Source: Eledone cirrhosa
Lineage: Eukaryota
Reading direction: 5' to 3'
Length of the DNA stretch: 64,000 nt
Assembly (NCBI GenBank): GCA_964016885.1
Contig: OZ024741.1
Coordinates: 300,204,001 to 300,268,000, forward strand
The notes beneath the pieces are model-generated. The model made no database searches and had not been told where the DNA came from. It worked only from the letters and a program-made list of their open reading frames with translations. Numbering within the stretch: the stretch's first letter is position 1; every line of letters begins with the position of its first letter. Below, one piece after another: positions 14,919-30,091 of this stretch. The translations under genes were made by a program, and so were the position numbers.

Positions 14919-15460
14919 ATATTTCACAATATCTTAATAATCGATAGGATATCAGTTCGTCCAATATATTTTATATTATCCTATCCTATCCTATGATAGG
15001 AAGAAAGAGAGAGAGAGAAGGAGGGGGGGGGGAATAAAGGGATGAGGTTTATGTTCAACGTGCTACAGGTAAGCCAACTATACCATATAAAATCCGACGT
15101 GAATGCTATTAACCGTCCCATACGTTTTCCCAATAATTCCTGAAAAGAAACGAAAGAAATATGATGCTGGATAAATAAAGGTATAACCTAAAATTCTATA
15201 TAGTACGCAGCAAATGAATATACGCAGACAATACCCAAAACGTAAAATAGTATTATAGGGGATATTTATCCGATTACTAAATCGTGAAATGAAAATAATT
15301 TGAAACTTTTATATATTCCGAGGTGAGAGAATCAAACGAGAAGGTGGCTCAGCATACACGACTCTAAGCTCCCGACCACACACACATACACACACATTCA
15401 CACACGTTCGTGCACGGACACACACACACACACACACACACACACGTACATACACACACA

Positions 15461-15496
<36 letters not shown>

Positions 15497-15498
15497 CA

Positions 15499-16035
15499 GG
15501 GGGGGACATTCCCATAATCAGCTGTCTGCTGGAGATTACGGACATTTCTACTCATTAAAGACAATATGTCTAGCTCCAGTTATAGGGTGGGTGGGTAGAG
15601 AAAAATATAACAGAAGGGAAAAAAGAAAGAAAAAAATGGGAAAAACATAGAGAACATAACGAAAAGGGAAACACGAAAAGCACATGTATGTATATGAGAA
15701 ACCAGAGAGAGAGGGGGGGAGAGAAGTCAGCTACTGGACCTAAGACCGAGGCTGTGTTGACAGTGAATTAGAGAGAGCGAAGGACAGACAAAGGGAGAAA
15801 GGTTGAGAAAGAAAGTGAAAGAGTTAATAGCACCAAAATAGATAGGAAGAAAGAGAAAAGAGGTCACAGCAAAATATTAATAGAAATTCTAAAGAAAGAG
15901 GGAGCTGTGTGGTTACTTGATGAAGTGTATTTAGAAATAAGAGGAAAGCACAAACGGGGGACATTCCCATCAATAGTTGTCTGCTGGCGATCACAGATAT
16001 TTCTACACATTAAAGACAATATGTTTAGCTCCAGT
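15499..16035 (-). mobile_element. Non-coding element with ~80-bp direct terminal repeats 455 bp apart, each a permuted-hammerhead motif (family H3)
   Basis: 15500-15580 matches 15956-16035; minus strand reads GACA-UA/UUGUCU..GAAA-UGUC..AGACAG-CUGAUUA. Confidence 0.65.
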
Positions 16036-16819
16036 ATGTCAATAATTATAGGAGGTTATATATATATATATGTGTGTACATAAGAAAGAGGATATGCTCC
16101 GAAATCAATAGACGTGTCCGAGGAACCTGCGAATCCAGAGTCAGGTCGATCCACACACAGATCGCACCTCGAGCTATTAGCCGGGAAAAAATTGTAACAC
16201 ACAATAAATTGAGTCCCGATGCATCACTGATTTTCCATATTCCATTATGAAAAATATATATATATATATACATACGGTAAAGTCTCAATTTAAAGATGTT
16301 TATGCCTCTGCTAACTCCCAGGATTGCAGGATACTGTTCTGCATTAGTATAACTACTACACATGTATTTCCCCTTCGATAATGTGCGTAGTAGATTAACC
16401 TATCATCATAATTCGGTTTATCAATGAATAACATCTCGCTGCTACACACACTTTCACGATCTGTATAGAATGAAGAAATGTGTAAACCACAAGAATCTAA
16501 TTCTTACATGGAATACATATCAATGACGTAGATTACCTCGTTAATAATTGAATAGGTATAATTTTATCATATTAAAACAATTTTGGTTATCCAACGTTAA
16601 TTTGCTATATCATTTTCTATATATTTTTAAGTTAAAACATCAGTTAGAATTCCAGAAAATTTCAAAGCCTGACAACTTCTTAAAACATAAATTAATTGTT
16701 ATGGACGGATAACTTTTAAGTATTAAAAATGCCTAATGAGATAGAAACATGCCGTAAGGTTTAATTTATAGTGGTTTGGATTTTTGCAGCTCTAGACATC
16801 TTCATTATTTTACTTCAAA

Positions 16820-16935
16820 TTCTGAGTTCAAATCCCGCCGAGGTTAACTTTGCGTTTCATACTTACAGGGTCGATAAAAGAAAGTACCAGTAATGCACTG
16901 GGTAATTGCTGGCCTTGTGCCAAAAGTAGAAACAG
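16820..16935 (+). mobile_element. 5'-truncated tRNA-derived SINE
   Basis: B-box-like GTTCAAATC followed by the same body as 10266-10477. Confidence 0.7.
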
Positions 16936-18115
16936 TTATTTTACTTCATGGCATTTCGATATAATACTGTGATTTATTTTGTTTAATGCAAATCTTCCTC
17001 ATAGTTATTGTAATGCTACAGTCTCTTGCGCTTTATTGAAAAATGCAAATAGTTAAATATTCTATTCTACATATTTTTTTAGACAATGCTTTTGACAACA
17101 CCAGTAATTATGGGCTTTAAGAGAATGGTGTGTTTTATTTTTAAGAAAATATTTGTTACATCAAATGAGAATCGATGTGAAGGCACATGGCCTCGAGAAC
17201 GTACCTCACAAGAAATTGTATTTCGCTCCCACTAAATGATGTTGTTTATTTAATTGTTTATTTATATATGTTATGAAACATGTCCATACGTATCAACTAG
17301 CTATACTATTGGCTATATGTCTATCATTATAGATGTAAACCCACAGAGAAGAGGATTGTTCATGGAAATTATATAGAAATATACCAACAGATAAATATTG
17401 AACTCTATCAATAATCGAAGAGCAGAGTTTTAGTTTCTACTTGTTACTTGCATAATATAGGTCAATCATGGTATTTAAAGTCTTGAATTTGCAGATGTGT
17501 GAGAATATTTATTATGCAAAATAGTCTCCTATAATATTTTCCCTAAGAAATGTTATTGAACGATGTTGTCTTTCATGAGATATGTTTGAAAGAAATCTAA
17601 TGTTTGATCTAGACTTGAAGAGAATCTGTTATATCTCTGGAGAAGCGGAGCTCCCCAAAGACTAAACATATACAGTAACAACAACAGGAAGATGAATTTG
17701 ATATAGAAATGTATTTTTCCCCCATTAGCTGCCTCCTCTAGATCAGAAAATAGAGGAAATTGTTGGGGTTTTTTTCATAAAATATAAACGTATTCAAATT
17801 CAGCACTGAAAGTAAGCAAGACATCTGAAGCATATATATATATATTCACATAAAAGCAGAAGATTAATGGTGCACACGAGATTAACCCACATGATTAAAC
17901 TGATACCATTACGAAATTCGGATTAGCTACTAAACCATATGTTGTGTTGCCATCTATTTCAAGTATTATAAATTAGCGTTCACATATAGAAGGCTCTTTC
18001 ATAATTAAAATTCACATTCTGATATCGATATATACATATATTCTCGAGAGAGAATATCATTTCATTCGACTGAGAAAGGTGGAGTATATTTCTATTCCTA
18101 ACATTTTAGCACTAA

Positions 18116-18242
18116 AGGGTGAGGGATTGGCAGAATTGGTAGAGTGGTATTTTTTCCGGTTCTATATATTCTAAGTTCAGATATCACCAACGTTAACAAG
18201 ATTTCCTCCAAATATACTCGCCTTGGACTTAGATTAGAAATC
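18116..18242 (+). mobile_element. Degenerate SINE of the same family
   Basis: ggtgagggattggcagaattggtagag..ttctaagttcagatatc. Confidence 0.4.
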
Positions 18243-19971
18243 AATATTTACACATTAATACTCAGTTAAGTCTGTGGATATGGGCTAAAAGTGTGACTTA
18301 AATTAATTGATATCTTATACAAGTATTTCCGGATGCTTGTAAAGGTAAAACATTTCAGCCTCAGTGTAAACTGGATAGGCAACGTATAAAGCTTAAGTTT
18401 GATCACTTATGTTTTGTTCATTTCTACGCTTCCTTGAGCTTCATGAGAGAATGTATACACATTCTCTATCCCCTGACAGATTAGTAACATATTGCTGTTA
18501 ATAATATTTATACTAGTTCTCAGCTAAATTATTTAGAGTAGTTGCTGAAATAGATCATGTGCATACTATAGGAATGACTTAAGATAAGTTCTAATGCAAA
18601 AGATACAAAAAAACATGATACCACATTTATCTTGTCTGTCCGTCGTAAGAAATTGTAGAATATAGTTGACTAGTGTGACTAAGAAGACTTTCACGAAGAG
18701 AATTGGTCAGGTCTTCTATCCTAGCACCTGTGTATAGCTATCGTAAGTACAGATGATGATGCAGTTGACCTGGTTATAGACATCACGTATGAACGCAACT
18801 GCCGATGACGTGAAAAGTGTAATTAAAAAACATACTATTGTTTTTTTCTGTATAAAAGTATCAGTGGTATTACCCTCCTGATCGCTCTGTTAATTTTCTA
18901 CTCTGCTTACGCTTTAATCAGCAAACCTGAAGCCATAAACGCGCGACGGAGACATTAGTAAGAGATATACATATTTCATACACTCTACGGGCCAGCTGAA
19001 CAGGCAAGTGTAATTTGTAACAGTCATTGATCTGATAATGTGATTAACACACTACACCGAATTTTTCAATAATTCGAAATATAAGATATAGGCTTTTTTA
19101 ATAACCATACAATTCTAGCCAAACAATGTAAAGTAAAGAAATTCTTTATATCCGTGGCAGGAAAATAAGGTATAAATCTTATAGGTTCACAGTTTACCTG
19201 GTTCTTCACCATGGGAAGAATATTCCCCTTATACCCACGTAGATTTCTATCTTATACCTATTTATAGTCGATATAAAATAAGATAGAGCTAAACTGGCCA
19301 GTCCAATTTCCATGATATAGACATGCCCGAAAAACCTAATTCATTTCATCATTTCAAAATGAATGCATTGAAATGTATACAATGCCAGAGAAGCATCGAT
19401 CTTAATAAACTTAGAGTTTTATTCCTCTGAAGAAAAACAAGAAAAGTGTGTATAAAAGATATTATCGCTATCTGCGCAGAAATTATAGAAATATAATTTT
19501 AGAATTCTTAGACTTTTATCAGAGAAACTCTTCTCGGATAATTTTTTTAGTTTACATCATTCTATTGTCTACTTTATCTAAGACGTATTTATACTGGTGG
19601 ACCTGATTACGCTTAAAGGCTTTGCAATATTAACTTCAACTAATTAATTGATAATGCATAATAGAATGTTATTAGATATTTTGAAATGATGTGAACATTT
19701 GATAATGAATCTTAAATGTTGGCTTCGCAGAGAAATGCACATGAATTTGATATGCTACAGAATTTATATCTTACTGAGATGAAAAAGTGATTTCAGTCAA
19801 TTGAACCGAATTGTTGATCTTATAGACATCCAATTTATATAGATTATCTAAAATATGATTCATCGAAACTGATCTGTCAAGTATACGTGATAGCACATCA
19901 TTGAACGCCCAGTTGATAATACAAAATCATTTGCTGATAATGTCATCAGTTGCAACAACAGAACATTAAAA

Positions 19972-20082
<111 letters not shown>

Positions 20083-20448
20083 TACCACGTGATAATTCTC
20101 CCTACCGAGAAGTTTTGAGGGTTCTCTTAAAATACCGTTAGCCTCACGACCCTAGTGCAATGTTGTTACACTGTGGCTGCATAGCAGTCGGTGAAAGTGT
20201 TCAGTAGGGACTTTGAAGAATAATTTAGGTATATTTTATTTTATTTTTCTTCACTTTGTTAATTGTTATATAGCTCTAATTAATCGATTATTTATTTTAA
20301 TTCTTTCAGTGATTAAGTAAATATGGTAATGGCGTGACACTATACACACACACACACACACACACACGCTCACACACACACACGTATACACACAGATATA
20401 TATATATGTGTGTGTGTGTATATACACAGACATATATATATACACACA

Positions 20449-21229
<781 letters not shown>

Positions 21230-21399
21230 ATATATATATATATAGTAAATGGGTGAAAAATGTACACATATGTACAAACGAGAGCCTAGATATACGCACG
21301 AATATATATATGCGTATGCATGTATATATATATTTAGGTTTGTTGGTTCACCACTGGATAGAACTGGTCATTCTGTATGGTCAACCTGGATGTAATATT

Positions 21400-21799
21400 A
21401 GGGAGAGCACTCGACGTAATGCAACTCACCCGTCTTCGTTTGTGTAGTTGGTGGTGCGAGTACGGAGTTAATTATTATAAAATAACAGGAGGCTGGACTG
21501 GTGAAATTTCTTAAAAGGTTTATTATACTATGATCATTTCAGTGACCGAGTTCAGTATGAAACCGGTGACATCATCAGGTATTCGAAATTTAACAAAGAA
21601 TATAATAGACAAAATCCATGGGGCTGAAAAGCAGGGGCAGGAGGATGGCCGAACATTTAGCAGCTTGGGCCGCCCTCCTGTCACTGTTTTTCAGCCCCAT
21701 GGATTTTATCTATTATATTCCTTTGTTAAATTTCGAATATCTGATGATGTCACTGGATTCTTACTAAACCCGGTCACTGAAATGATCATTGTATAATAA

Positions 21800-21804
<5 letters not shown>
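21400..21804. mobile_element. PLE pLTR remnant forming a ~290-bp palindrome (21516-21804) with a type I HHR on each strand
   Basis: Minus arm: auac CUGAUGA..GAAA ugauca UA guau AAUAAA; plus arm 21737-21794 is equivalent. Confidence 0.75.
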
Positions 21805-21869
<65 letters not shown>

Positions 21870-21870
<1 letters not shown>

Positions 21871-22465
21871 CGGCGATAAATTAGTTTAGCGAGGTTTTTT
21901 ATATGAAATCGTGTGTCGAAACAAATATTGTTATACTTGGGGAGGGTCATATTTGTGTAATATTGCCAGAATTAATAACAGAACACACTCACTGTTTGGT
22001 TGGTTTTCGCTTCTCGCTGTCTTTTATATCTGCGATCTAACTTAATCGGTCCTCAATGTTGCCATTGACTGACCGACGGTCAAAAATAATACAGATACAA
22101 TATAGACACAAACACATATATATAGTTTACATAATTTACATAAATCTTTCGTTGCACATCTGCAACATCGTCAGTGGTGTTATATTTTTTCCTCCTTTTG
22201 TGTTGTATGTCTACGCCATTTTTTATTCAGTCTGTCCATATATTTATTTATTTATTTGCTTGTTTGTTTATTTTATTTTGTCTTCTTTGCGCATGCGTTT
22301 GCGTGTGTGTACAGTGTTGTGTGTGCTGTGTGACTAGTGTGTATAGTGTTGTGTCTGCTGGGTGACTAGTGTGTGTTTATGTGCTTGTTGTTTATGTGCA
22401 TTGTGCATTGATTTTGCTGTGAAAAGATGTGTGGAGATGATCATTGAGAGTGAGGTGGAGTTCTG
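21870..22465 (-). mobile_element. Solo pLTR/3' UTR of the 39240-43010 PLE family, HHR at 22139-22176
   Basis: Near-identical to 30665-31120; ca CUGACGA u guugca-gaug-ugcaac GAAA gauu UA ug. Confidence 0.85.
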
Positions 22466-23009
22466 TTCAAAAAGCCACATAATATCAGCATACATTTACT
22501 TAACCGGGCTATTACATGTGTTCAGCAAGCGGGCCATCTCATGAAATAGGTATATACTGTGTGTGATAGCCAATTACTCCTGGATATCGCATCGAGGATT
22601 TCTTGCTATTCTCACACTCTGCCTCTAATGAAAAAGAGGAAGACTAAAATTATAGAATGAAACACGTGGTCTGGAGGTTAGATTGAAACAAAAACTCAAC
22701 TTCAACTGTCTTCCCGTATGTGCGCATATATACATAACGAGATGTATGGATATATACATATATACAAGCAAATAGCTGATTCGTGATACAAAGTCGAACA
22801 TTCAATACTCAAAATTGAATATTATTAAATATAAACAAGAAATATTGAAAAGTTTAACCTTATACAGTACAGGCGATTCAAATCAGCGCAGCTGGGAGTA
22901 TATCATATATATATATATATATAGATAGCAGCTGTTTTCAGGTGATGTAACTGTTATAGAAACACGTGTCAATATATTCCTTTTAACTAAACTGTATCCA
23001 TTCAAATCC

Positions 23010-23405
<396 letters not shown>

Positions 23406-23419
23406 GCATATATATATGC

Positions 23420-23561
<142 letters not shown>

Positions 23562-23599
23562 GCATATATATATGCATATATATATATGTATACATATAT

Positions 23600-23720
23600 A
23601 ACAAAGGAGTTATGGTAAGGAACCAGATAGACCATAACGCACCAGAGTACTCAATACTTTAGGTAGTATAGTGGGTAATAGGAAAAAGTATGACCTCTGC
23701 CGTCGGGGTCACACTTTTTC

Positions 23721-23722
<2 letters not shown>
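23600..23722 (-). mobile_element. pLTR terminal fragment of another PLE family, ending in a fold-back
   Basis: Homologous to 34122-34282 and 38854-38905. Confidence 0.7.
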
Positions 23723-23790
<68 letters not shown>

Positions 23791-23895
23791 CAAAAAAATA
23801 CGAACCACAGTGAAGGGAAAAAATATATGGGAATGAAAAATGCCGTGCTGCGTTGTTTCGAACATGAACATAGGAATAAAAATAGACCAAGAGAT

Positions 23896-23970
23896 TAAAT
23901 GTCCCTCATCAGTAGTCTGCTGATTATCGTTGGTATTTCTTCGCATTAAAGACTAGATACCTAAAGTCAG
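23896..23970 (-). ncRNA. Second intact copy of the permuted hammerhead (stem I fully Watson-Crick: UAGUCU/AGACUA)
   Basis: Reverse complement of the 24196 motif with all core nucleotides intact. Confidence 0.65.
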
Positions 23971-24195
23971 TGTGGGCGATAACTAAATGTAGTTATCGGG
24001 ACAGAGGAAAACAGAGGGAAGGATACAAATAACGTGTCTATTTCTTCTCGTCAATTTTATTTGTCGGACTTAAGCCCACAAGATTCATTGACTTGTCTCT
24101 CTTTTCCTCTCTTTACGTTGCATTACTACCATGTTGTTTGTTTCCTTCCCTCTGTTTTCCCCTGTCCCGATAGCTAAGTTTAGTTATCGCTCGTA

Positions 24196-24270
24196 CTGAC
24201 TTTAGGTATCTAGTCTTTAATGCGAAGAAATACCAACGATAATCAGCAGGCTACTGATGAGGGACATTTA
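24196..24270 (+). ncRNA. Candidate non-circularly permuted hammerhead ribozyme, predicted cleavage after AUC at 24210
   Basis: GGUA-UC (24205-10), UAGUCU (24211-16), GAAA-UACC (24227-34), AGGCUA-CUGAUGA (24248-60); stems I and III are in exact hammerhead register. Confidence 0.65.
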
Positions 24271-24332
24271 ATCTCTTGGTCTATTTTTATTCATATGTTC
24301 ATGTTCGCAACAACGCAGCACGCCATGTTTCA

Positions 24333-24381
<49 letters not shown>

Positions 24382-26518
24382 CATTCATTGGAAAGAAGGA
24401 TAAAGTCTACACAAAACAAATTTTATAGTTAAAAACTGAAGGTGAAAAATGCACAGTAGTATATTTAAAAATTATTTTTTCTATAATCCGTCAGAATATA
24501 TATACACCTTTACATATATATATATGTATGTATGTGCATGGGTACATACATGGGTGTATGGTTTTGTCTGTGTGTATATAGGTGATTTACTTTTTTTGCT
24601 GTGTACGTGTTTATGGTTCTCAAAATTCACCACATGAATGCGGTGATATTTAAATTATTCTAGAAATGTATACAGACGCATTAATCAACGGTTTGTTTTA
24701 ATGTTTTTAGAATGAATTATGACTGTTATGCATTTTAAATGCATATAATATAATCGGGATTTATTTATATTCATACTTAGATACTTACACTCATTCAATC
24801 ATAAATGTAAATCATGAAAGTGACATGCCTTTCGACGTAAGATATGTATATGTCAAAGAAATTCACTACTTGTCAAATTTGATTTTAAGCTGGTCTTAGT
24901 TATATTCTCTTTTTATATCAATGCTGGCTCTCTTTGAATATTTCAAATACGTTATTGTTTGAATGAATTGATTTATAGTTTGTTGTCTTTGGAAATTTCA
25001 GTAAGATTTATCGGCAAAGTAAATTTGTGTTATAGGTCAAGCAAGTTATATATGTAACTTCGTAAAAGTCACAGAGAGCTGGATATTATATTATTGGATA
25101 TGGTTACCATATGGTATGACTATACTTTTAGCAGCCATAGTTTTGTGAGAGATACATTTAGGAAATCAAAACAATTTCTCAAAGGTTATTAATATTGGGA
25201 ATGCAGAAACAAATGTGTGAATAACAAAAATATTCAATGTGCAAACGTTTTATATATTGGTTTTATCATCTTTCTGTTCGCCATCATTCAAAGCATAGGA
25301 AACAAGTTATTCATATCGTATATTTACCGGATTATAGCCAAGAAAACATAAAAAAAATATATCTCAGGTAAGTATTAATAAAACAGCATTGAAATGCCTT
25401 CGATTCTGACACCAACATATAAATATAGCTATTATTCACTCTGCAGGCATTTAAAAGCAATATATTGCATATAAACAAAGATACATGGATAGCCATAGCG
25501 CCATTCCCATGCATGAAACTTATATCACTTATGAAATACTTATATGCAATCAGCCTATTGGAGATTGACATATTTCACTTATACATACTCGTAAAATTGT
25601 TAATTTATTTTGATATATTGCTTTTGTTAACCCAAATCTTACGCACAAGTTTAGTTAAAAAAACATTTCTATTCAGAAGGCATACAATGTCATTCAAATA
25701 TAATTGTTCTTTATATTACATTTGTTTCCTGCCTTTTCCCTCTCAATAAATTATTTATCTAAATGTATCGTTATGAAACGATGCATTTGTTATAGAATGT
25801 GAGAACTAATGATCCGATATGAAATACAACATCGATGCAACAAACGTAAGCTACACGGTACTATAGATATTAAACCAACATTCAATGAATGTAAAAGCTT
25901 TCTCTTTATAATCTACATCTTCGTTAAAACGACAACCAAATGCCAGGTGAACTAGTTGCAAATCTAATTTGGGCTGTCATCCGGCGACTAAATAGGTGTT
26001 TAACTATCCACGATGTCACTGCTTAGAAACATGATATTATCAATTAATTACTAATGAGCTCAATTACTATGTTGCATAGTGTATTTATACATGTTTAGCG
26101 AAAACTCTATGTATTATGTTTGTCAGTTCAGCTCATGTGAACAGACTAACTTGTTCCAGTGATGTTAACGTGTTAAGAACTCCCATCTTCTTTCGTGTTT
26201 ATATATTCCAGTGGAATAGATTTCATCCTTTTATAACGGCACTGTTGAATGTCAAGGACATTTACGAAAGTAGTATATCTTTACCTAAGCATGAGAATAT
26301 ATATATATATATATAATGTATAATAAACAATACAATATAATTACCTCATTACCAGAGGTTTCCCGAATAAGACGAATGCGAATATCGTCCTCATTCGTTC
26401 GTCGGACAAGGCAATTTAAACTTATTTATTATACATTCAATTTTGCTCTGGTACTTACATAGAGCACTCTTCACTCCTATGACTTTTTCAATTTTCTACG
26501 GAAATATATATATTTTCA

Positions 26519-26559
<41 letters not shown>

Positions 26560-26565
<6 letters not shown>

Positions 26566-27414
26566 TATGTACACGTACATACATATATGCATACAGACTT
26601 ACAGTAGTATGTATATATATATACATATATGCACACATATATATATGTACGTATGGATTCACCGAAAATTTCTTATAATGCGCGGTGTGTTTGTAAACAA
26701 ACATCCCGTATTAAGCCGTGTGGTCTAGCAACCATCGTTGCACGTTTGTTCAACACTGACAAACGAACGCTGTACTATTTTCAGGCTTATTAGCTATCGT
26801 CAGCAACGTATACCTTCCTGCCAAATTGTTGAACGTATATACTTACCTTATGCATATTAACGGTTGAGTAGCCCAATTTGCATATCGAGTGGGTTAATCA
26901 GCCGGGTGCACCGAAAACGATAACGGAAACAATAAAACGAAATTTCATTTCCCACTCTTAGTAGGGCTCTTACTTAAATATAAGTATGTACACGTACATA
27001 CATATATGTATACAGACGGACAGTAGTATGTATATATATATGTACGTGTACATACTTATATTTAAGTAACATCCGTACTAAGAATGGGAAATGAAATTTC
27101 GTTTCATTTTTTCCGTTTATCGTTTTCGGTGCACCCGGCCGATTAACCCACTCGATATGCAAATTGAGCTACTCAGCCGTTAATATGCATAAGGTAAGTA
27201 TATACGTTCAACAATCTGGCAGGAAGGTATACGTTGCTGACGATAGCTAATAAGCTTGAAACTAGTACAGCGTTCCTTTGTCAGTGTTGAACAAACGAGC
27301 AACGATGGTTGCTAGACACTACGGCTTAATGCGGGATGTTTGTTTACAAACACACCGAGCATTATAATAAATGTTCGGTGAGTCCATATGTACATATATA
27401 TATATGTGTGCATG

Positions 27415-27506
<92 letters not shown>

Positions 27507-30014
27507 CTACTGTACGTATGTATGCATATACGTATGTACGTGTACATACTTATATTTAAGTAACAGCAGTACTAAGAGTGGGAAATGAAATTTTGTTTCA
27601 TTTTTTCCGTTTATCGTTTTCGGTGCACCCGGCCGATTAACCCACTCGATATGCAAATTGGGCTACTCAGCCGTTAATATGCATAAGGTAAGTATATACG
27701 TTCAACAATCTGGCAGGAAGGTATACGTTGCTAACGATAGCTAATAAGCTTGAAACTAGTACAGCGTTCCTTTATTAGTGTTGAACAAACGAGCAACGAT
27801 GGTTGCTAGACACTACGGCTTAATATGGGATGTTTGTTTACAAACACACCGAGCATTATAATAAATGTTCGGTGAATCCATACGTACATATATATATGTG
27901 TGCATGTATGTATATATATATATATATATACTACTGTACGTATGTATGCATATATGTATGTACGTGTACATACTTATATTTATTTAACAGCAGTACTAAG
28001 AGTGGGAAATGAAATTTCGTTTCATTTTTTCCGTTTATCGTTTTCGGTGCACCCGGCCGATTAACCCACTCAATATACAAATTGAGCTACTCAGCTGTTA
28101 ATATGCATAAGGTAAGTATATACGTTCAACAATCTGACAGGTAGGTATATGTTGCTGACGATAGATAATAAGCTTGAAACTAGTACAGCGTTCCTTTGTC
28201 AGTGTTGAACAAACGAGCAACGATGGTTGCTAGAAACTACGGCTTAATACGGGATGTTTGTTTACAAACACACCGAGCATTATAATAAATGTTCGGTGAA
28301 TCCAGACGTACATATATATATATATATACATACTACTGTACGTATGTATGCATATATGTATGTACGTGTACATACTTGTATTTAAGTAACAGCAGTACTA
28401 AGAGTGGGAAATGAAATTTTGTTTCATTTTTTCCGTTCATCTTTTTCGGTGCACCCGGCCGATTAACCCACTCGATATGCAAATTGGGCTACTCAGCCGT
28501 TAATATGCATAAGGTAAGTATATACGTTCAACAATCTGGCAGGAAGGTATACGTTGCTAACGATAGCTAATAAGCTTGAAACTAGTACAGCGTTCCTTTA
28601 TTAGTGTTGAACAAACGAGCAACGATGGTTGCTAGACACTACGGCTTAATATGGGATGTTTGTTTACAAACACACCGAGCATTATAATAAATGTTCGGTG
28701 AATCCAGACGTACATATATATATATGTGTGCATGTATGTATATATATATATATATATATACATACTACTGTACGTCTGTATGCATATATGTATGTACGTG
28801 TACATACTTATATTTAAGTATCAGCCGTACTAAGAGTGGGAAATGAAATTTCGTTTCATTTTCTTCGTTTATCGTTTTCGGTGCACCTGGCCGATTAACC
28901 CACTCGATATGCAAATTGGGCTACTCAGCCGTTAATATGCATAAGGTAAGTATATACGTTCAACACTCTGGCAGGAAGGTATACGTTGCTGACGATAGCT
29001 AATAAGCTTGAAACTAGTACAGTGTTCCTTTGTCAGTGTTGAACAAACGAGCAACGATGGTTGCTAGACACTACGGCTTAATACGGGATGTTTGTTTACA
29101 AACACACCTAGCATTATAATAAATGTTCGGTGAATGCATACGTACATATATATATGTGTGCATGTATGTATATATATATATACATACTACTGTACGTATG
29201 TATGCATATATGTATGTACGTGTACATACTTATATTTAAGTAACAGCAGTACTAAGAGTGGGAAATGAAATTTTGTTTCATTTTTTCCGTTTATCGTTTT
29301 CGGTGCACCCGGCCGATTAACCCACTCGATATGCAAATTGGGCTACTCAGCCGTTAATATGCATAAGGTAAGTATATACGTTCAACAATCTGGCAGGAAG
29401 GTATACGTTGGTAACGATAGCTAATAAGCTTGAAACTAGTACAGCGTTCCTTTATTAGTGTTGAACAAACGAGCAACGATGGTTGCTAGACACTACGGCT
29501 TAATATGGGATGTTTGTTTACAAACACACCGAGCATTATAATAAATGTTCGGTGAATCCATACGTACATATATATATGTGTGCATGTATGTATATATATA
29601 TATATATATACTACTGTACGTATGTATGCATATATGTATGTACGTGTACATACTTATATTTATTTAACAGCAGTACTAAGAGTGGGAAATGAAATTTCGT
29701 TTCATTTTTTCCGTTTATCGTTTTCGGTGCACCCGGCCGATTAACCCACTCAATATACAAATTGGGCTACTCAGCTGTTAATATGCATAAGGTAAGTATA
29801 TACGTTCAACAATCTGACAGGTAGGTATACGTTGCTGACGATAGAAAATAAGCTTGAAACTAGTACAGCGTTCCTTTGTCAGTGTTGAACAAACGAGCAA
29901 CGATGGTTGCTAGAAACTACGGCTTAATACGGGATGTTTGTTTACAAACACACCGAGCATTATAATAAATGTTCGGTGAATCCAGACGTACATATATATA
30001 TATATGTGTGCATG

Positions 30015-30091
<77 letters not shown>

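Larger units (their letters stand above)
23788..24336. mobile_element. Inverted pair (about 23825-24025 minus / 24140-24336 plus) of permuted-hammerhead family H1, between (TA)n tracts
   Basis: The arms are reverse complements; the ORF track shows the same peptide on both strands. Confidence 0.8.

Noticed and set aside
24196-24270. Canonical type I hammerhead using a downstream GAAAC (23856 copy), or a C/D snoRNA box
   Set aside because: The downstream GAAAC is not conserved in other copies and gives no stem I/III; the upstream strands pair in register with covariation; there is no snoRNA terminal stem
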